Made by a program: the position numbers and the translations under genes. The notes below the pieces were generated by a model. It worked only from the letters and a program-made list of their open reading frames with translations, was not told where the DNA came from and ran no database searches. Positions 34,930 to 34,930 of a stretch of 34,930 nt of DNA are shown piece after piece (the first letter of the stretch is position 1; each line of letters begins with the position of its first letter). Origin of the DNA: Nitrospinaceae bacterium (lineage in GTDB: Bacteria; Nitrospinota; Nitrospinia; Nitrospinales; VA-1); contig JAJDBI010000112.1 of assembly GCA_029261435.1 (NCBI GenBank), positions 1 to 34,930 of the forward strand, in the 5' to 3' direction.

Positions 34930-34930
34930 G

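Overview
A 34.9-kb, gene-dense bacterial chromosomal window from a moderately AT-rich, diderm, probably flagellated organism. The gene set is compatible with Nitrospinota or a Deltaproteobacteria-like lineage, but that assignment is inference only. Recognisable loci are tRNA-Val/tRNA-Asp, modABC with two tandem ModE-type boxes, tesA divergent from ybbAP, a RoxA-like di-heme cytochrome c lipoprotein, a radical SAM enzyme, a TrpD-like (YbiB) protein, a CDP-alcohol phosphatidyltransferase, an orphan wzz, and the start of a surface-polysaccharide cluster (split CapF/WbjC plus a GT2). The most interesting candidate system is a minus-strand operon with its own sigma70 promoter: PilZ protein -> GAF-GAF-degenerate GGDEF protein -> translationally coupled MreB paralog lacking mreC/D -> LIM-like double zinc-finger protein. 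It looks like a signal-controlled bacterial actin module. Other observations not in the ORF track: two coupled 34-aa membrane microproteins; a dispersed ~65-bp repeat starting 3 nt after two stop codons, with a partial third copy in the tRNA leader; a ~3.5-kb AT-rich accessory block flanked by degenerate direct repeats ending in a palindrome; sigma28 promoters before wzz and the SprA-like gene; and a sigma54 promoter before a stand-alone cNMP-binding protein. No CRISPR array, transposase, integrase or rRNA was seen. All calls are by eye, without database searches.
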